From Polyangia bacterium (GTDB lineage Bacteria > Myxococcota_A > Polyangia > Nannocystales > Nannocystaceae), in NCBI GenBank assembly GCA_030430565.1, contig JAUIKS010000004.1, positions 269,992-333,991 on the forward strand: a stretch of 64,000 nt of DNA. The letters are read 5' to 3'. Position numbers and translations under genes: made by a program. The notes under the pieces are model-generated. The model was not told the DNA's origin, did no database searches, and worked only from the letters and a program-made list of their open reading frames with translations. Positions 35,771-47,976 of this stretch are shown one piece after another; the stretch's first letter is position 1; each line of letters starts with the position of its first letter.

Positions 35771-38389
35771 TCAGCTGCCAGCCGCCGCCCGACCCGCGGG
35801 AGCCGACGCGCGCGCGCGCAGGAGCTCCTCGACGTAGCGCGCCCAGGCTGGTTGAAGCCGTCGCGTTAGCGCCACGCTCGGGCCATCGATCCCGCCGTCA
35901 GCACGCCTCGCGCGCTGCTCGATCGCCGCCGCGATCGCCCGTACCTCCACCGCGCCGACCGTCGCGCTGTTGGACTTCAGGTCGTGCGCGGCGAGCTCGA
36001 GCGCGCGCTTGTCCGCCCGCGACGCGGCCTCCTCGACGCTCGAGACGATCTGTCCGATGCCCTCCACGAAGTCGTCGACGAGCGCGTTTAGGGCGTCGTC
36101 GTCCTCTTCTCCGAGGATGCTCTTCAGGTTCGCGAACGCGGCGAGGTCGAGGACCTCATGATCTGGGGGGCCGTCGCTTCCGCCGGCGTGCGCAGCGCTC
36201 GACGTCTCGGCTCGTGGTCGGGCGAGGGCCGCGCGCGCGGCGTAGCGCGCCAGCGCTCGCGCGAGATCGTCGACGCGGAACGGCTTGCTGATGTAGTCGT
36301 CCATGCCCGCCTCGAGGCAGCGCCTGCGATCCTCGACGGTCGCGTTCGCCGTGACCGCGATGATGTAGGGCTGCGGCAGCTGCGGGTCCGCCCGAATGCG
36401 CCGCGTCGCCTCTAGCCCGTCGAGCTGCGGCATATGGAGATCCATCAAGATGACATCGTAGTGAACGCGCCGAAGCGCCGCGATCGCCTCGTCTCCGTCG
36501 GAGACCACGGACGCGCGCAGCCCCAGCGTCGCGAGCGAGAGCCGCGCGACGCGTTGGTTGATGTCGTTGTCCTCCGCGATCAGCAGGCGCGCGTGCGTCG
36601 GCAGCTCGGCCGGGGGCTCGCCGACCTCAACGCTGGCTGCGGCCGCGGCCGCGACCTCCTCTCCCGGGGCGCGGTCGAACAGCGCGACCAGCTCGTTGTA
36701 GAGGCGCGAGGTCTTCACCGGCTTCGACAGGAACGCGGCGAACTCCGCCATCACCGGGCTGGACGAGCGCTCGCCCAGCGAGGTCAACATGAGCAGCGGG
36801 AGCGTCCTCGCCGAAGGGAGCGCGCGCGCGCGCTCGGCCAGCTCGAGGCCGTTCATCCCCGGCATGTGCATGTCTACGATCGCGCAGTCAAACTCGTCCC
36901 CGCCCTCGAGCACGGCGAGCGCCGCGGGGCCGGACTCGACGAGGCGCGGTCGCATCCCCCACGAGGACAGCTGCAGCTCGAGGATCCGGCGGTTCGTCGC
37001 GTTGTCGTCAACGACCAGCACTCGGAGCCCCGTGAGCAGCGGCTGCGCCGCGTCGAGGTAGGGCGAGTGCGGGTAGGGGGCCGCGGCCGCGCGGAGCGTG
37101 AAGTGAAAGGTCGAGCCGACGCCCTTGACGCTCTCCGCCCACAGCCGCCCGCCCATCGCCTCCACCAGGCGGCGAGAGATCGTCAACCCCAGCCCGGTCC
37201 CGCCGAACCGGCGGGTCGTCGAGTTGTCCTCCTGCGTGAACGCGTCAAACAAGAGCTCCAGCTTCTCCGGCGAGACGCCGATCCCGGTGTCGCGGACGGA
37301 GCACCGCAGCTCGTACGCGCCGCCTTCCTCCGCGGGCGGGCGCGCGCTGACCGAGACGACGACCTCGCCCTCCTCGGTGAACTTGATCGCGTTGCCGACG
37401 AGGTTGACGAGCGTCTGCTGAACGCGCGTCGGATCGCTGTAGATCGCCAGCGGGACGTCGGGGTCGATGCGCGCGGAGAGCTCGAGACCCTTGCTGGCGG
37501 CCTTGAGCGCCACGACGTCGAGCGCGGTCTCGACGAGCTCGCGGATCGACATCGGCACCCGCTCGAGGGTCAGCTGCCCGGCCTCGATCTTGGAGACGTC
37601 GAGGATGTCGTTGATCAGCGACAGCAGCGTCTCGCCGCTGCTGCGAACGGTCTCGACGAAGTCGCGCTGCTCGGCGTCGAGCGAGGTCTCGAGCAGCAGC
37701 CCGGTCATGCCGATCACGGCGTTCATCGGGGTGCGAATTTCGTGGCTCATGTTGGCGAGGAACTCGCCCTTGGCCTGGCTCGCGCGCTCCGCCGCCTCGC
37801 GCGCCGCCGCGGCCTCTCGCAGCGCGTGGCGCCGCTCATCGTCGGCGCGCTTGCGCCCCGACTCGGCGGCGATCGACGTGCCGGTCACGAGCAAGACCAG
37901 GACCATCAGGCCGACGAGCCGGTCGGACTCGAGCGTCAGCGCGCCCGTGGTCGCGTACGAGATCACCGCGAAGGATGACGCCGCCGAGACCGCGAAGATC
38001 CAGCCCGCGCGCGCGCCGGAGAGGAACACCAAGAGCGATGGGAGCAGCGTGAGCCCGAGCGCCGAGGGGCTGCCGAGCCCCGCGCTCGCGGAGGCGTTGA
38101 TCGTCGCCACGATCAGCAGCGTCGCGCCGAGCACGTAGCCGCTGCGCTCGGTGGGCACACCCGCGCGCGTCGCCGCGACGAGACCCACGCTGACGAGCCA
38201 CAGGCAGCTCGAGCTGACGCCCTCGACGAGCTTCCCTCCGAGGAGCTGGGCCGCGATCGAGAGCGGCAGCACGAACACGAAGAACAGCAGGAGGCCGACG
38301 GCGAGCCGCAGCCGACGAAGGCGATCTCCGCCCACTCCGCGCGCGCGCGGGTGGATAAGTCGATCGAGCCAGATCGGTGCAAGCGTCAC
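35771..38389 (-). CDS. Membrane hybrid sensor histidine kinase with two receiver domains and C-terminal Hpt domain (872 aa)
   Basis: Multiple N-terminal TM helices. HisKA box [19 protein letters not shown]. HATPase boxes [10 protein letters not shown] and [10 protein letters not shown]. Two receiver domains ([11 protein letters not shown]...D; [11 protein letters not shown]...D...K). Hpt His in [12 protein letters not shown]. Confidence 0.85.
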   Translation of the reverse strand: MTLAPIWLDRLIHPRARGVGGDRLRRLRLAVGLLLFFVFVLPLSIAAQLLGGKLVEGVSSSCLWLVSVGLVAATRAGVPTERSGYVLGATLLIVATINASASAGLGSPSALGLTLLPSLLVFLSGARAGWIFAVSAASSFAVISYATTGALTLESDRLVGLMVLVLLVTGTSIAAESGRKRADDERRHALREAAAAREAAERASQAKGEFLANMSHEIRTPMNAVIGMTGLLLETSLDAEQRDFVETVRSSGETLLSLINDILDVSKIEAGQLTLERVPMSIRELVETALDVVALKAASKGLELSARIDPDVPLAIYSDPTRVQQTLVNLVGNAIKFTEEGEVVVSVSARPPAEEGGAYELRCSVRDTGIGVSPEKLELLFDAFTQEDNSTTRRFGGTGLGLTISRRLVEAMGGRLWAESVKGVGSTFHFTLRAAAAPYPHSPYLDAAQPLLTGLRVLVVDDNATNRRILELQLSSWGMRPRLVESGPAALAVLEGGDEFDCAIVDMHMPGMNGLELAERARALPSARTLPLLMLTSLGERSSSPVMAEFAAFLSKPVKTSRLYNELVALFDRAPGEEVAAAAAASVEVGEPPAELPTHARLLIAEDNDINQRVARLSLATLGLRASVVSDGDEAIAALRRVHYDVILMDLHMPQLDGLEATRRIRADPQLPQPYIIAVTANATVEDRRRCLEAGMDDYISKPFRVDDLARALARYAARAALARPRAETSSAAHAGGSDGPPDHEVLDLAAFANLKSILGEEDDDALNALVDDFVEGIGQIVSSVEEAASRADKRALELAAHDLKSNSATVGAVEVRAIAAAIEQRARRADGGIDGPSVALTRRLQPAWARYVEELLRARASAPAGRAAAGS

Positions 38390-38716
38390 TGTATGTCGTC
38401 CCCTGTGCGAGAACGCTGCCGCGATCGTGCCGCACGAGATGTCTTGACGTGTCGGCGCTGCAGAATCTTCGCGGATCTATTGTCGCACCTTAGAGACGCG
38501 ATTTGTGTGGGCCTGCGCTCAAACGCGCGCGCTCGCGCGTCGCGTCGGCGCTCGGTTTCGGGCGCAGCGGCGGCTCGGCGGTCGGTCGTCGACGCCCCGC
38601 GCCGCGGGGGGGTCAATTAGACCTGACTGTTTGGACATGACCCGTTGGGTCTCGGCGCGCGGGCGCCGCTGGCCTTCGATCGCGCGCCCGTGGTAAGCCG
38701 GACGGGCGGGGGTGAT

Positions 38717-40306
38717 ATGCAGGTACACAGGGCCAAATGGTACGCGACGGGGGCGCTCGCGATCGTGGTGGTCGCGTGCGCTGGATCCGGCGGCGAGGGC
38801 GAGTCGACCGCGAGCGCCACGACGGGCGAGACGACGGGCGAGAGCGGGGCGACCACGGAGGACGTCGGGACCACGGCGGCCTCGGAGGACGAAGACCCTC
38901 CCGTCGTCGTCACGCACTCCTTCGGCTCGCTCAAGCTCGCGGCCAACAGCGACACCAACCGCTGCGTGCAGTGGACCGTCAACAACGACGAGCACCTGTA
39001 CGTGCAGTCGGTGCTGCTGGCGAACAGCGGCGCGCTCCACCACTCGAATTGGTACGTCGTCCCCGAGGAGGAGTACCCCGGCGAGGACGGCTACTTCCCC
39101 TGCGGCGAGCGCGACTTCAACGACCTCGCCGCGGCGCTCAAGGGCTCGGTGTTGTTCGCCCAGTCGACGCAGGCGTTCACCGACGACCAGCGCTTCATCG
39201 ACGGCGCCGTGGTCAAGGTCCCCGCGCGCAACAAGGTCATGGCGACCGTGCACACGGTCAACGCCGCGCCGCGCGAGGTCGATACCGAGCTGCGCATGAG
39301 CTTTGAGCTGGTGCACCCGTCCGAGGTCGAGACGGTGGTCGCGCCGATCTCGGCCCAGTACCGCGAGCTGGCGATCCCGCCCGCGACGCGCTCGAGCTTC
39401 ACGACGCGCTGCGACTGGAGCTCCTCGTACTACGGAGCCGTCGGCGCGCCACCTGACTTTAAGATCCACTATATCCTGCCGCACTACCACTACCTCGGCG
39501 AGCGCTTCGAGCTCCGCGTCGTCGGCGGCGAGCGCGACGGCGAGCTGATCTACGAGCTCGACGGCTTCACCGGCGACGCGCTCGGGCGCACCTACGACCC
39601 GCCGCTCGAGCTGCCCGGCGCGACCGGCTTCGAGTTCTCCTGCGCCTACAACAACTGGACCGAGAACACGGTCGGGTGGGGCGGCAAGGGCGAGATGTGC
39701 GTCGCGCTGATCCTCGCGGAGAGCGAGGCCATGCTCGGCGGGACCGTGTTCGAATCCTCGGCCGTGGGCCTCGAGGACGGCGTGGTCCAGTACGAGGGGG
39801 ACTGCTTCGACATCGCGAAGCCCAAGGCGCCCGAGCAGGGGATGCCGACGCCGGAGGAGATCGCGGCGCCGCTGTACATCCCGCCCGTCGATCCCGCCGA
39901 CCAGGGGCTCCCGCCGATCCCGCCCTGCTACGACAGCGATCCACAGGTCGCGCCTGAACAACCGACCACGTTGTCGAGCGTCGCCTCGTCGATCTTCGCG
40001 CCCTCGTGCACCTTCTCGTCGTGTCACGGCGAGCTCGCGGTCGCGGGCCTCGACCTCAGCCTCACCGGCGCCGCGCTGCACACCGCGCTGAGCGAGCACG
40101 TGGTCAAGGCCGACACGGCGCTCCCGTTGATCGCCCCCGGCGATCCCGAGGGAAGCTGGCTCTACCGCCTGCTCTCGCGCTGTGATCCGCTCAACGACGC
40201 GGGTGACGCGGTCGCGCATATGCCCCTCAACGCGCCGTTCTTGCTCGACGACGAGCTGGTGGCGAAGCTGCGCGCGTGGATCGAGGCGGGCGCGCCGAAC
40301 GACTGA
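38717..40306 (+). CDS. Lipoprotein, unknown function (529 aa)
   Basis: Start MQVHRAKWYATGALAIVVVACAGSGG (lipobox VVACA/G). Acidic Thr/Gly linker. Large C-terminal domain with scattered Cys (CTFSSCHG is not a CxxCH motif). Confidence 0.6.
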   Translation: MQVHRAKWYATGALAIVVVACAGSGGEGESTASATTGETTGESGATTEDVGTTAASEDEDPPVVVTHSFGSLKLAANSDTNRCVQWTVNNDEHLYVQSVLLANSGALHHSNWYVVPEEEYPGEDGYFPCGERDFNDLAAALKGSVLFAQSTQAFTDDQRFIDGAVVKVPARNKVMATVHTVNAAPREVDTELRMSFELVHPSEVETVVAPISAQYRELAIPPATRSSFTTRCDWSSSYYGAVGAPPDFKIHYILPHYHYLGERFELRVVGGERDGELIYELDGFTGDALGRTYDPPLELPGATGFEFSCAYNNWTENTVGWGGKGEMCVALILAESEAMLGGTVFESSAVGLEDGVVQYEGDCFDIAKPKAPEQGMPTPEEIAAPLYIPPVDPADQGLPPIPPCYDSDPQVAPEQPTTLSSVASSIFAPSCTFSSCHGELAVAGLDLSLTGAALHTALSEHVVKADTALPLIAPGDPEGSWLYRLLSRCDPLNDAGDAVAHMPLNAPFLLDDELVAKLRAWIEAGAPND

Positions 40307-40434
40307 GCTCTCCGCGCACGCGCTCGCGCGCGCGCGCGGGTCCGCGTTTGCGTGGCGCTCGCGCTCGCGTTGCTCCGCGCGGGGCGGGATAGTACGATCG
40401 AAGACCACGAAGGCAGGCGCGGAGGTCCCCTCTC

Positions 40435-41199
40435 ATGTCGAGCATCACCGTTCTCGTGCGAAACGCCAGCAATCTGTCGAGGCGGCAACACCTCGACGGC
40501 AGCCGATTCCTCATCGGGCGCGAGGAGGGGGATATCGTCCTCGGTGACCCGCAGGTCAGCTGGCGGCACGGCGAGTTCGTGTTCGACGGCGCCAGCGGGG
40601 TGCTGTTTTACAACGACCTGGGCTCGAGCAACGGCTCGTTCCTCGAGAACGGCCAAGAGATCTCGGCGCCGACGCCCGTGAAGCCGGGGCAGATCGTCCG
40701 CGTCGGTAACTGCGTGATCACGGTCGAGGCCTGCGACGCCACCGGCCGCGAGCTCACCCTGAAGCCGCAGGGGCAGGCGAAGGCGGTCCGCAAGGCCAAG
40801 CCCAGCTTGACCTCGCCGGGCTGGCCGGCCGAGCAGCTGCTGGGCGACGCGCTCGGGGTCGTCCGCGAGGCCCAGCAGCGCGCCCGCGAGCGACGCGAGG
40901 CCGAGGACATCAAGACCGAGCCCGGCGTCGTGCGAGCGCGGCGAGTCCGAACGCAGACCAAGCCGCAGCGCATCATCTCGCACAAGCACGCGCAGCCGAG
41001 CGCGGCGGAGCGCCGCAACGGCGCCTGGTACGAGATCGCGGCGCTCGATCCGGATCCGCGCGCGCGGACCTTCGTGATGGGGCTGGCGAGCGGCCACGTC
41101 GTGCTCCGCGTGCGCACCGAGACGAGCACGGGGACATCCGAGGCGCTCACGACCTGCCCTGGTTCGCTCGTGGACTTCGAGTTCCTCGGCGAGTCCTGA
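40435..41199 (+). CDS. FHA-domain protein (254 aa)
   Basis: FHA core FLIGREEGDIVLGDPQVSWRHGEFVF...NDLGSSNGSFLNGQEI (conserved G-R, S-xx-H, N-G). Confidence 0.8.
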   Translation: MSSITVLVRNASNLSRRQHLDGSRFLIGREEGDIVLGDPQVSWRHGEFVFDGASGVLFYNDLGSSNGSFLENGQEISAPTPVKPGQIVRVGNCVITVEACDATGRELTLKPQGQAKAVRKAKPSLTSPGWPAEQLLGDALGVVREAQQRARERREAEDIKTEPGVVRARRVRTQTKPQRIISHKHAQPSAAERRNGAWYEIAALDPDPRARTFVMGLASGHVVLRVRTETSTGTSEALTTCPGSLVDFEFLGES

Positions 41200-41221
41200 C
41201 CCGTCGCAGACGAACTGAGCG

Positions 41222-42850
41222 GTGGGCGAGCGGGATAGTGATAGCGGCTCGCTCGGGGGCCTCGCCACCGCGCTCGGCTATGTAGCGATTGAGCACGGGC
41301 GTGACCAAGCCCTGCGCGCCCTCAACCCCGCGCCGCGCGTGTTCGAGTCGTTCCTGCACGCGCCCGCCGCCGGCGCGATCGTCCGCTGGAGCGCGCCGTT
41401 CCTAGATAACTTCCTCGTTGACGCGCGGCGGTGGTGGGCCGAAGGGCGCGCCGAGCTGCTGCGCTCCGGGTCCTGGGTTCAAGAGGCGCGCGAGGGCGAG
41501 CCCGGAGAGTTTGAGGCCTGCGCGCTCTGCGTTGGTGGGCGCGAGCTGCTCGTGATCGAGCGCGCGCGCTACTCCGGGCGCGAGCGGCAGGCGCTGCTGC
41601 AAAAGAGCCGCGAGCTCCGGCTCGCGTACCAGCGTCTCGAGCGAACCGAGGCGCGGCTGCAGCGTTCGAAGCAGGCCGCCGACGCCGCGAACCAGGCGAA
41701 GAGCGCGTTCCTCGCCAACATGAGCCACGAGATTCGAACGCCGATGAACGTGATCGTCGGCCTCGTCGAGCTGCTGCTCGAGGGCTCGCTCGACGATCAG
41801 CAGCGGTCGCGGCTCCAGCTCGTCCGCTCGGCGTCGAGTCAGCTGTTGACGCTGATCAACGAGCTCCTCGACTTCTCGAAGATCGAGGCCGGGCAGATCG
41901 AGCTCGATCGCGTCCGCTTCGACCTGCCGACGCTCGTGCGCGAGCTGTTCGACTGGCTTGACGGGCAGGCGCGCGCGAAGGGCGTCACGCTCGGCTACGT
42001 CGTCGACGCGGCGGTCCCGCGCGCGCTCTTCGGGGATCCCGGGCGACTGCGGCAGATCCTGCTCAACCTGCTGAACAACGCGATCAAGTTCACGGCCGAG
42101 GGCTACGTGCGGCTCGAGGTCGAGGTCGCGCGGGAGGGGCGGGCGCACGTCACGCTCCGCTTCACGATCGCGGACACCGGCATCGGGATCCCGGCGTCGT
42201 TCATGCCGCGGCTCTTCGACTCGTTCTCGCAGGCCGACGTCTCGACGACGCGGAGGTTCGGCGGGACCGGGCTCGGCCTGGCGATCTCGAAGCAGCTGTG
42301 TGAGCTGATGGGCGGTCAGATCGAGGTCGAGAGCGAGGAGGGGGTGGGGACCACGTTTCGCTTCACGGCGCAGGTCGAGCGCGCCCCGATCGACGACGCT
42401 CCCGCCCTTCCGGAGCGAGCCGCTACGACGCCCACGTTCCGCCCGGACCTCCGGATCTTGGTCGCCGAGGACAACAAGCTCAATCAGCTCGTGCTCCTCG
42501 CCGTGCTCGAGCAGCTAGGCCTCGAAGCCGAGGTCGTGTCAACGGGCGCGCTCGCGGTCGCGGCGTTGCGGCGCGCGCCCTACGACCTCGTGTTTATGGA
42601 CGTGCAGATGCCCGAGCTCGACGGCGTCGAGGCCACGCGAATGATTCGCGAACCATCCACGGGGGTCGTGAACCCCGACGTGCCGATCGTCGCGATGACC
42701 GCCCACGCGATGGCGCAGGATCGACGGCGCTGTCTCGACGCCGGCATGAATGATCACATCAGCAAGCCGATCCAGCGGGCCCGGCTACTCGAGGTGATCG
42801 CGGCGTTCTGCTCGGATCGAGCGCGCGGACCCGAGCCCGGGTCCGCGTGA
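41222..42850 (+). CDS. Hybrid histidine kinase (HisKA + HATPase + receiver), cytoplasmic, 542 aa
   Basis: [20 protein letters not shown]-box [11 protein letters not shown]-box [10 protein letters not shown]. The receiver ([11 protein letters not shown]...D...K) has conserved residues. Confidence 0.85.
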   Translation: MGERDSDSGSLGGLATALGYVAIEHGRDQALRALNPAPRVFESFLHAPAAGAIVRWSAPFLDNFLVDARRWWAEGRAELLRSGSWVQEAREGEPGEFEACALCVGGRELLVIERARYSGRERQALLQKSRELRLAYQRLERTEARLQRSKQAADAANQAKSAFLANMSHEIRTPMNVIVGLVELLLEGSLDDQQRSRLQLVRSASSQLLTLINELLDFSKIEAGQIELDRVRFDLPTLVRELFDWLDGQARAKGVTLGYVVDAAVPRALFGDPGRLRQILLNLLNNAIKFTAEGYVRLEVEVAREGRAHVTLRFTIADTGIGIPASFMPRLFDSFSQADVSTTRRFGGTGLGLAISKQLCELMGGQIEVESEEGVGTTFRFTAQVERAPIDDAPALPERAATTPTFRPDLRILVAEDNKLNQLVLLAVLEQLGLEAEVVSTGALAVAALRRAPYDLVFMDVQMPELDGVEATRMIREPSTGVVNPDVPIVAMTAHAMAQDRRRCLDAGMNDHISKPIQRARLLEVIAAFCSDRARGPEPGSA

Positions 42851-42870
42851 ATCAAGAGACAGCTCGCGCG

Positions 42871-43647
42871 CTACTCCGGCCAGAGGCAGACGTCGTCGCC
42901 GAACATGCCGAAGCCCTGGAAGCACTCCATGCCGTCGGGGCAGGAGTCGTCCATCCCGCACACGATCCCGCAGTACTCCTGGAATTCGCCGTCGCCTGGG
43001 AAGTCGACGCAGGCGTCGCCGGGGACGCCGTCGCACTGCATGTTGCCGAAGCACTGCCCCGGCGTGCACTGGCTCCACGGGGTCCCGTCATCGTCGCCCG
43101 TCACGCAGGTCTCGCCCTCGAGGCAGTCGGAGTCCTCTCCGCTCGGGCACGGTCCGTAGGGCTGATCGCCGTCGCCGTCGCCGTCGCCGTCTCCATCGCC
43201 GTCGCCGTCGCCGTCGCCATCGCCGTCGCCATCGCCGTCTCCATCCCCGTCGCCGTCGCCGTCACCATCTCCATCCCCATCACCGTCGCCGGTCGGATCG
43301 GTGTCGGGGCCGAGGCACTCACAGGGGTCGAAGCCGCTGCCTTCATCATTGCAGACCTGCGCGCCCATTCCTCCGTTGGGGCAGGCGCAGCCGATGCTCT
43401 CTCCGGGCACGCAGGCGTTGCCGTTGGTCGCGTCGCTGTTCGAGTTGCTCCCGGATCCGCCGGTCTGTCCGTCGGTGTCGGTGCTCGTGCCGTTGGAGTT
43501 CCCAGACGTGCTCTCGTCGTCCCCCTCGGTCTCGGTCTCGGTCTCGGTCTCGCTGTCGGTCGGGGTGACGGATCCCTCCGATGAGCTGTCGCCGCAGGCC
43601 GTGAGCGCGAACACCAGGGAGGTCATGAGAAGCCATCTTGCTTGCAT
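42871..43647 (-). CDS. Lipoprotein with (GD)n low-complexity tract and Cys-rich modules (258 aa)
   Basis: MQARWLLMTSLVFALTACG lipobox, an ETETETE tract, and about 27 consecutive GD dipeptides. Cys-rich segments flank the tract. Confidence 0.65.
   Translation of the reverse strand: MQARWLLMTSLVFALTACGDSSSEGSVTPTDSETETETETEGDDESTSGNSNGTSTDTDGQTGGSGSNSNSDATNGNACVPGESIGCACPNGGMGAQVCNDEGSGFDPCECLGPDTDPTGDGDGDGDGDGDGDGDGDGDGDGDGDGDGDGDGDGDGDGDGDQPYGPCPSGEDSDCLEGETCVTGDDDGTPWSQCTPGQCFGNMQCDGVPGDACVDFPGDGEFQEYCGIVCGMDDSCPDGMECFQGFGMFGDDVCLWPE
43165..43290 (-). repeat. Hexanucleotide repeat (gtcgcc/atcgcc)n of about 21 units, encoding (GD)n
   Basis: Direct reading: gtcgccgtcgccgtcgccgtctccatcgccgtcgcc... 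Confidence 0.85.
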
Positions 43648-43935
43648 ATACGAAGAATACATCCGCGCTCTTGGACGGTGTCCACTGGGGAACACCGCGC
43701 GCGCGACCTTTCTCCGGTTGGCGGCTCGATTTGGGCGGACGGTTGTTCGAACGGAACGAAGAACTCCGTTCGCAAGCGCCGAGGGATGACAGCGTTTTGC
43801 GCGCCCCGTATGGCGTGATGTCTCGACGGCGAGGACGAGCGGTCGACGCCTCGAGCGCGCGGACGATCGCCCGCGCCGCGGCGAACGCCGCGGGCGGGGA
43901 GCAGCTCAGGTCACAGCTCGATCGCCGACTCTACT

Positions 43936-45276
43936 CTACGGGGTCTCGCCGCAGTAGCGCAGGTCGCACGGACCCGGCTGGTCGAGGTTGTAGAGGTAGA
44001 AGCTGCCGCAGTTGACGACCTGGATGTTGGAGTTCCAGTTGCACTGGTTGGCGTTCCAGTTGAAGCAGACTTGGCGGTCGACGATGCCGTCCTGCGGGGT
44101 CGGGTGCGTGCCGTTGAGCCAGCCCGGCGCGTCCGTGCCGCAGGAGTAGATCGACGGGGCGGACTCGGGCATCTGCGTGCCGGCCTCGCCTTCGAAGCGG
44201 TACCAGGCGTTGCCCTGCCACTGCGGCGAGACGTCGCCGTTTTGGTTGTCGCAGTACTCGATGCCGTTGTTGCCGTCGTTGAAGGCGACGTTGCGGTCGG
44301 CGAGGTTCAGCGTGTTGTAGGGCTCGTTGCACTGGGCGTCGACCTCCGAGAGGCAGTCCGCCGAGCAGCCGTCGCCGTCCTCGTTGTTGCCGTCGTCGCA
44401 CTCCTCGTTGTCCGTCCAGACGAAGCCGTCGCCGCAGACCGGGCTCAGGCACGTGGACGGGCAGTCGTCGGTGTCGTCGTCGTTGCCGTCGTCGCACTCC
44501 TCGCCGGCGGTGGCGTTGACGATCATGTCGCCGCAGGCGGCCGCGGTGCAGTCGTCGTTACAGGTCTCGGACTCGCCGCCGTCGTCGCACTCCTCGTTGT
44601 CGAGCCAGACGTAGCTGTCGCCGCAGGTCGCGGCCATGCAGGTGTCGATGCAGTCGTCGGTGTTGTCGTCGTTGGCGTCATCGCACTGCTCGGCGCCCTG
44701 CAGCTCGCCGTCGCCGCAGGTCTCCATCATGCAGTCGGCGGTGCAGCCGTCGCCGTCCTCGTTGTTGCCGTCGTCGCAGGCCTCGCCGGCGCTCGCGTTG
44801 AGCGTGCCGTCTCCGCAGACCGGCGCGGTGCAGTCGTCGTCGCAGAGGTCCGTCTCGCCGCCGTCGTCACACTCCTCGTTGTCGGCCCAGACGTAGCCGT
44901 CGCCGCAGGAGGGCTCCTCGCAGCTGTCGAGGCAGGCGTCGGTGTTGTCGTCGTTGCCGTCGTCGCAGGCCTCGCCGTCCTCGACGACCTCGTTGCCGCA
45001 CTCGGGCGGCGGCTCGCCGGTGGTCGGCTCGATCGTCGCGGCGGTGGTGCCCTCGGTCGTCCCCTCCGTGGCGCCGCCCGTCGTCGTCGGGTCGGTCTCC
45101 GTCATCGGCCCGGCCGAGGTCGTCGTCATCACGTCGCCCGTGGTGGTGCCGGTGGTCTCGTCGGTGGTCGCGTCCACCGTGGTCTCGGTGCCGCCGTCGT
45201 CGCCGGAGCAGGCCGAGACGACGAGGGCCGCGTTCGCGGCGACAAGGAAGAGGCGGAGCGCGTGTGCAGTCTTCAT
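43936..45276 (-). CDS. Lipoprotein with Myxococcus-type cysteine-rich repeats (446 aa)
   Basis: Lipobox LVVSACSG. At least six repeats of the CGDGxxxxxEECDDGNxxxxDxCxxxC pattern characteristic of the myxobacterial Cys-rich repeat family. C-terminal globular domain. Confidence 0.75.
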   Translation of the reverse strand: MKTAHALRLFLVAANAALVVSACSGDDGGTETTVDATTDETTGTTTGDVMTTTSAGPMTETDPTTTGGATEGTTEGTTAATIEPTTGEPPPECGNEVVEDGEACDDGNDDNTDACLDSCEEPSCGDGYVWADNEECDDGGETDLCDDDCTAPVCGDGTLNASAGEACDDGNNEDGDGCTADCMMETCGDGELQGAEQCDDANDDNTDDCIDTCMAATCGDSYVWLDNEECDDGGESETCNDDCTAAACGDMIVNATAGEECDDGNDDDTDDCPSTCLSPVCGDGFVWTDNEECDDGNNEDGDGCSADCLSEVDAQCNEPYNTLNLADRNVAFNDGNNGIEYCDNQNGDVSPQWQGNAWYRFEGEAGTQMPESAPSIYSCGTDAPGWLNGTHPTPQDGIVDRQVCFNWNANQCNWNSNIQVVNCGSFYLYNLDQPGPCDLRYCGETP

Positions 45277-45510
45277 GCCGGTATTAAAGACATGTCTTAA
45301 GGGCCATGTTTGAGAAATCGCGCGGTGACGAGCTCGGCGCCGGGTGTCAGCTCACGTCGTGGTCGCGGTCGCGCCGTGGTCGGCGACCTGCACGGGCCCG
45401 GCGCGCGGGATGAGTTGCGCGATGTGCGCGGGTTGTGCGACGGCGGTTGCGCCGTTGCCGAGAACGTGGCAACACGGCGCGAATCCGGCAACACAAGCAC
45501 GGAGGTGCCA

Positions 45511-46086
45511 ATGGATTCGGAGCGCTTGGGCATCGGGGCACGGCTTTGGCTCGCTTTTATCCTTCCGTGGCGGATCTTGTTCGACGGCGCGTTGGCGGCG
45601 AAGTTGGTGCGCGCGGAGTCGGACACGCCAGCGCTCGCGCCGACGCCGGCGCCGGCGCCTGAACCCGCGCCCGCACCTGAGCCCGCGCCCGAGCCCCCCC
45701 GCGAGCGCGATTACACGCCCGCGCTGCAGCTGCTCGGGATCCTGCAGCGAGATGGGCGCTTGATCGACTTCTTGCAGGAGGAGATCGCGGGCTTCAGCGA
45801 CGCGGACATCGGCGCTGCGGCCCGCGCCGTGCATCAGGGCTGCAAGAAGGCGCTCTCGGAGTACGTCGCGGTGGCCGCCGTGCGCAGCGAGAGCGAGGGG
45901 GATCCGGTGACCCTCGAGGCCGGTTTTGACCCCGCGCGCACCCGCGTGACCGGGAACGTCGTCGGGCAGCCGCCGTTTCGCGGGCGGCTGGCGCATCACG
46001 GCTGGGAGGTCACGAAGATCGATCTGCCGACGGTGCGCGAGGGACAGGGCGTCCACGTGATCGCGCCGGCCGAGGTAGAGCTCTGA
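45511..46086 (+). CDS. DUF2760-like protein (191 aa) with PAPAPEPAP linker, first gene of the Hsp70-pair module
   Basis: Real start is MDSERLGIGARLWLAFILPW (the longer ORF from 45310 is Arg-rich junk). Hydrophobic N-terminus, a Pro-Ala-Glu linker, then a conserved C-terminal domain. The family assignment is from memory of domain architecture, not a database search. Confidence 0.55.
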   Translation: MDSERLGIGARLWLAFILPWRILFDGALAAKLVRAESDTPALAPTPAPAPEPAPAPEPAPEPPRERDYTPALQLLGILQRDGRLIDFLQEEIAGFSDADIGAAARAVHQGCKKALSEYVAVAAVRSESEGDPVTLEAGFDPARTRVTGNVVGQPPFRGRLAHHGWEVTKIDLPTVREGQGVHVIAPAEVEL

Positions 46087-46166
46087 AGACAGACGGCGCC
46101 TGGTACAAACGACCCAGCCAGCGCGGACGAAGGTCCGATCGCTAGGCGGGAGAGAGAACACCAGCG

Positions 46167-47957
<1,791 letters not shown>

Positions 47958-47976
47958 GCGACGGGACCAACGAAGT

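Noticed and set aside
38645-38716. Upstream extension MGLGARAPLAFDRAPVVSRTGGGD of the 38717 lipoprotein
   Set aside because: Starting at MQVHRAKWYATGALAIVVVACAG gives a proper lipoprotein signal peptide. The extension adds nothing conserved.
45310-45510. Extended N-terminus (MRNRAVTSSAPGVSSRRGRG...) for the DUF2760-like gene
   Set aside because: It is Arg-rich with low-quality composition and overlaps the divergent promoter region of the Myxo Cys-repeat lipoprotein gene. The ATG at 45511 gives a hydrophobic N-terminus consistent with the family.
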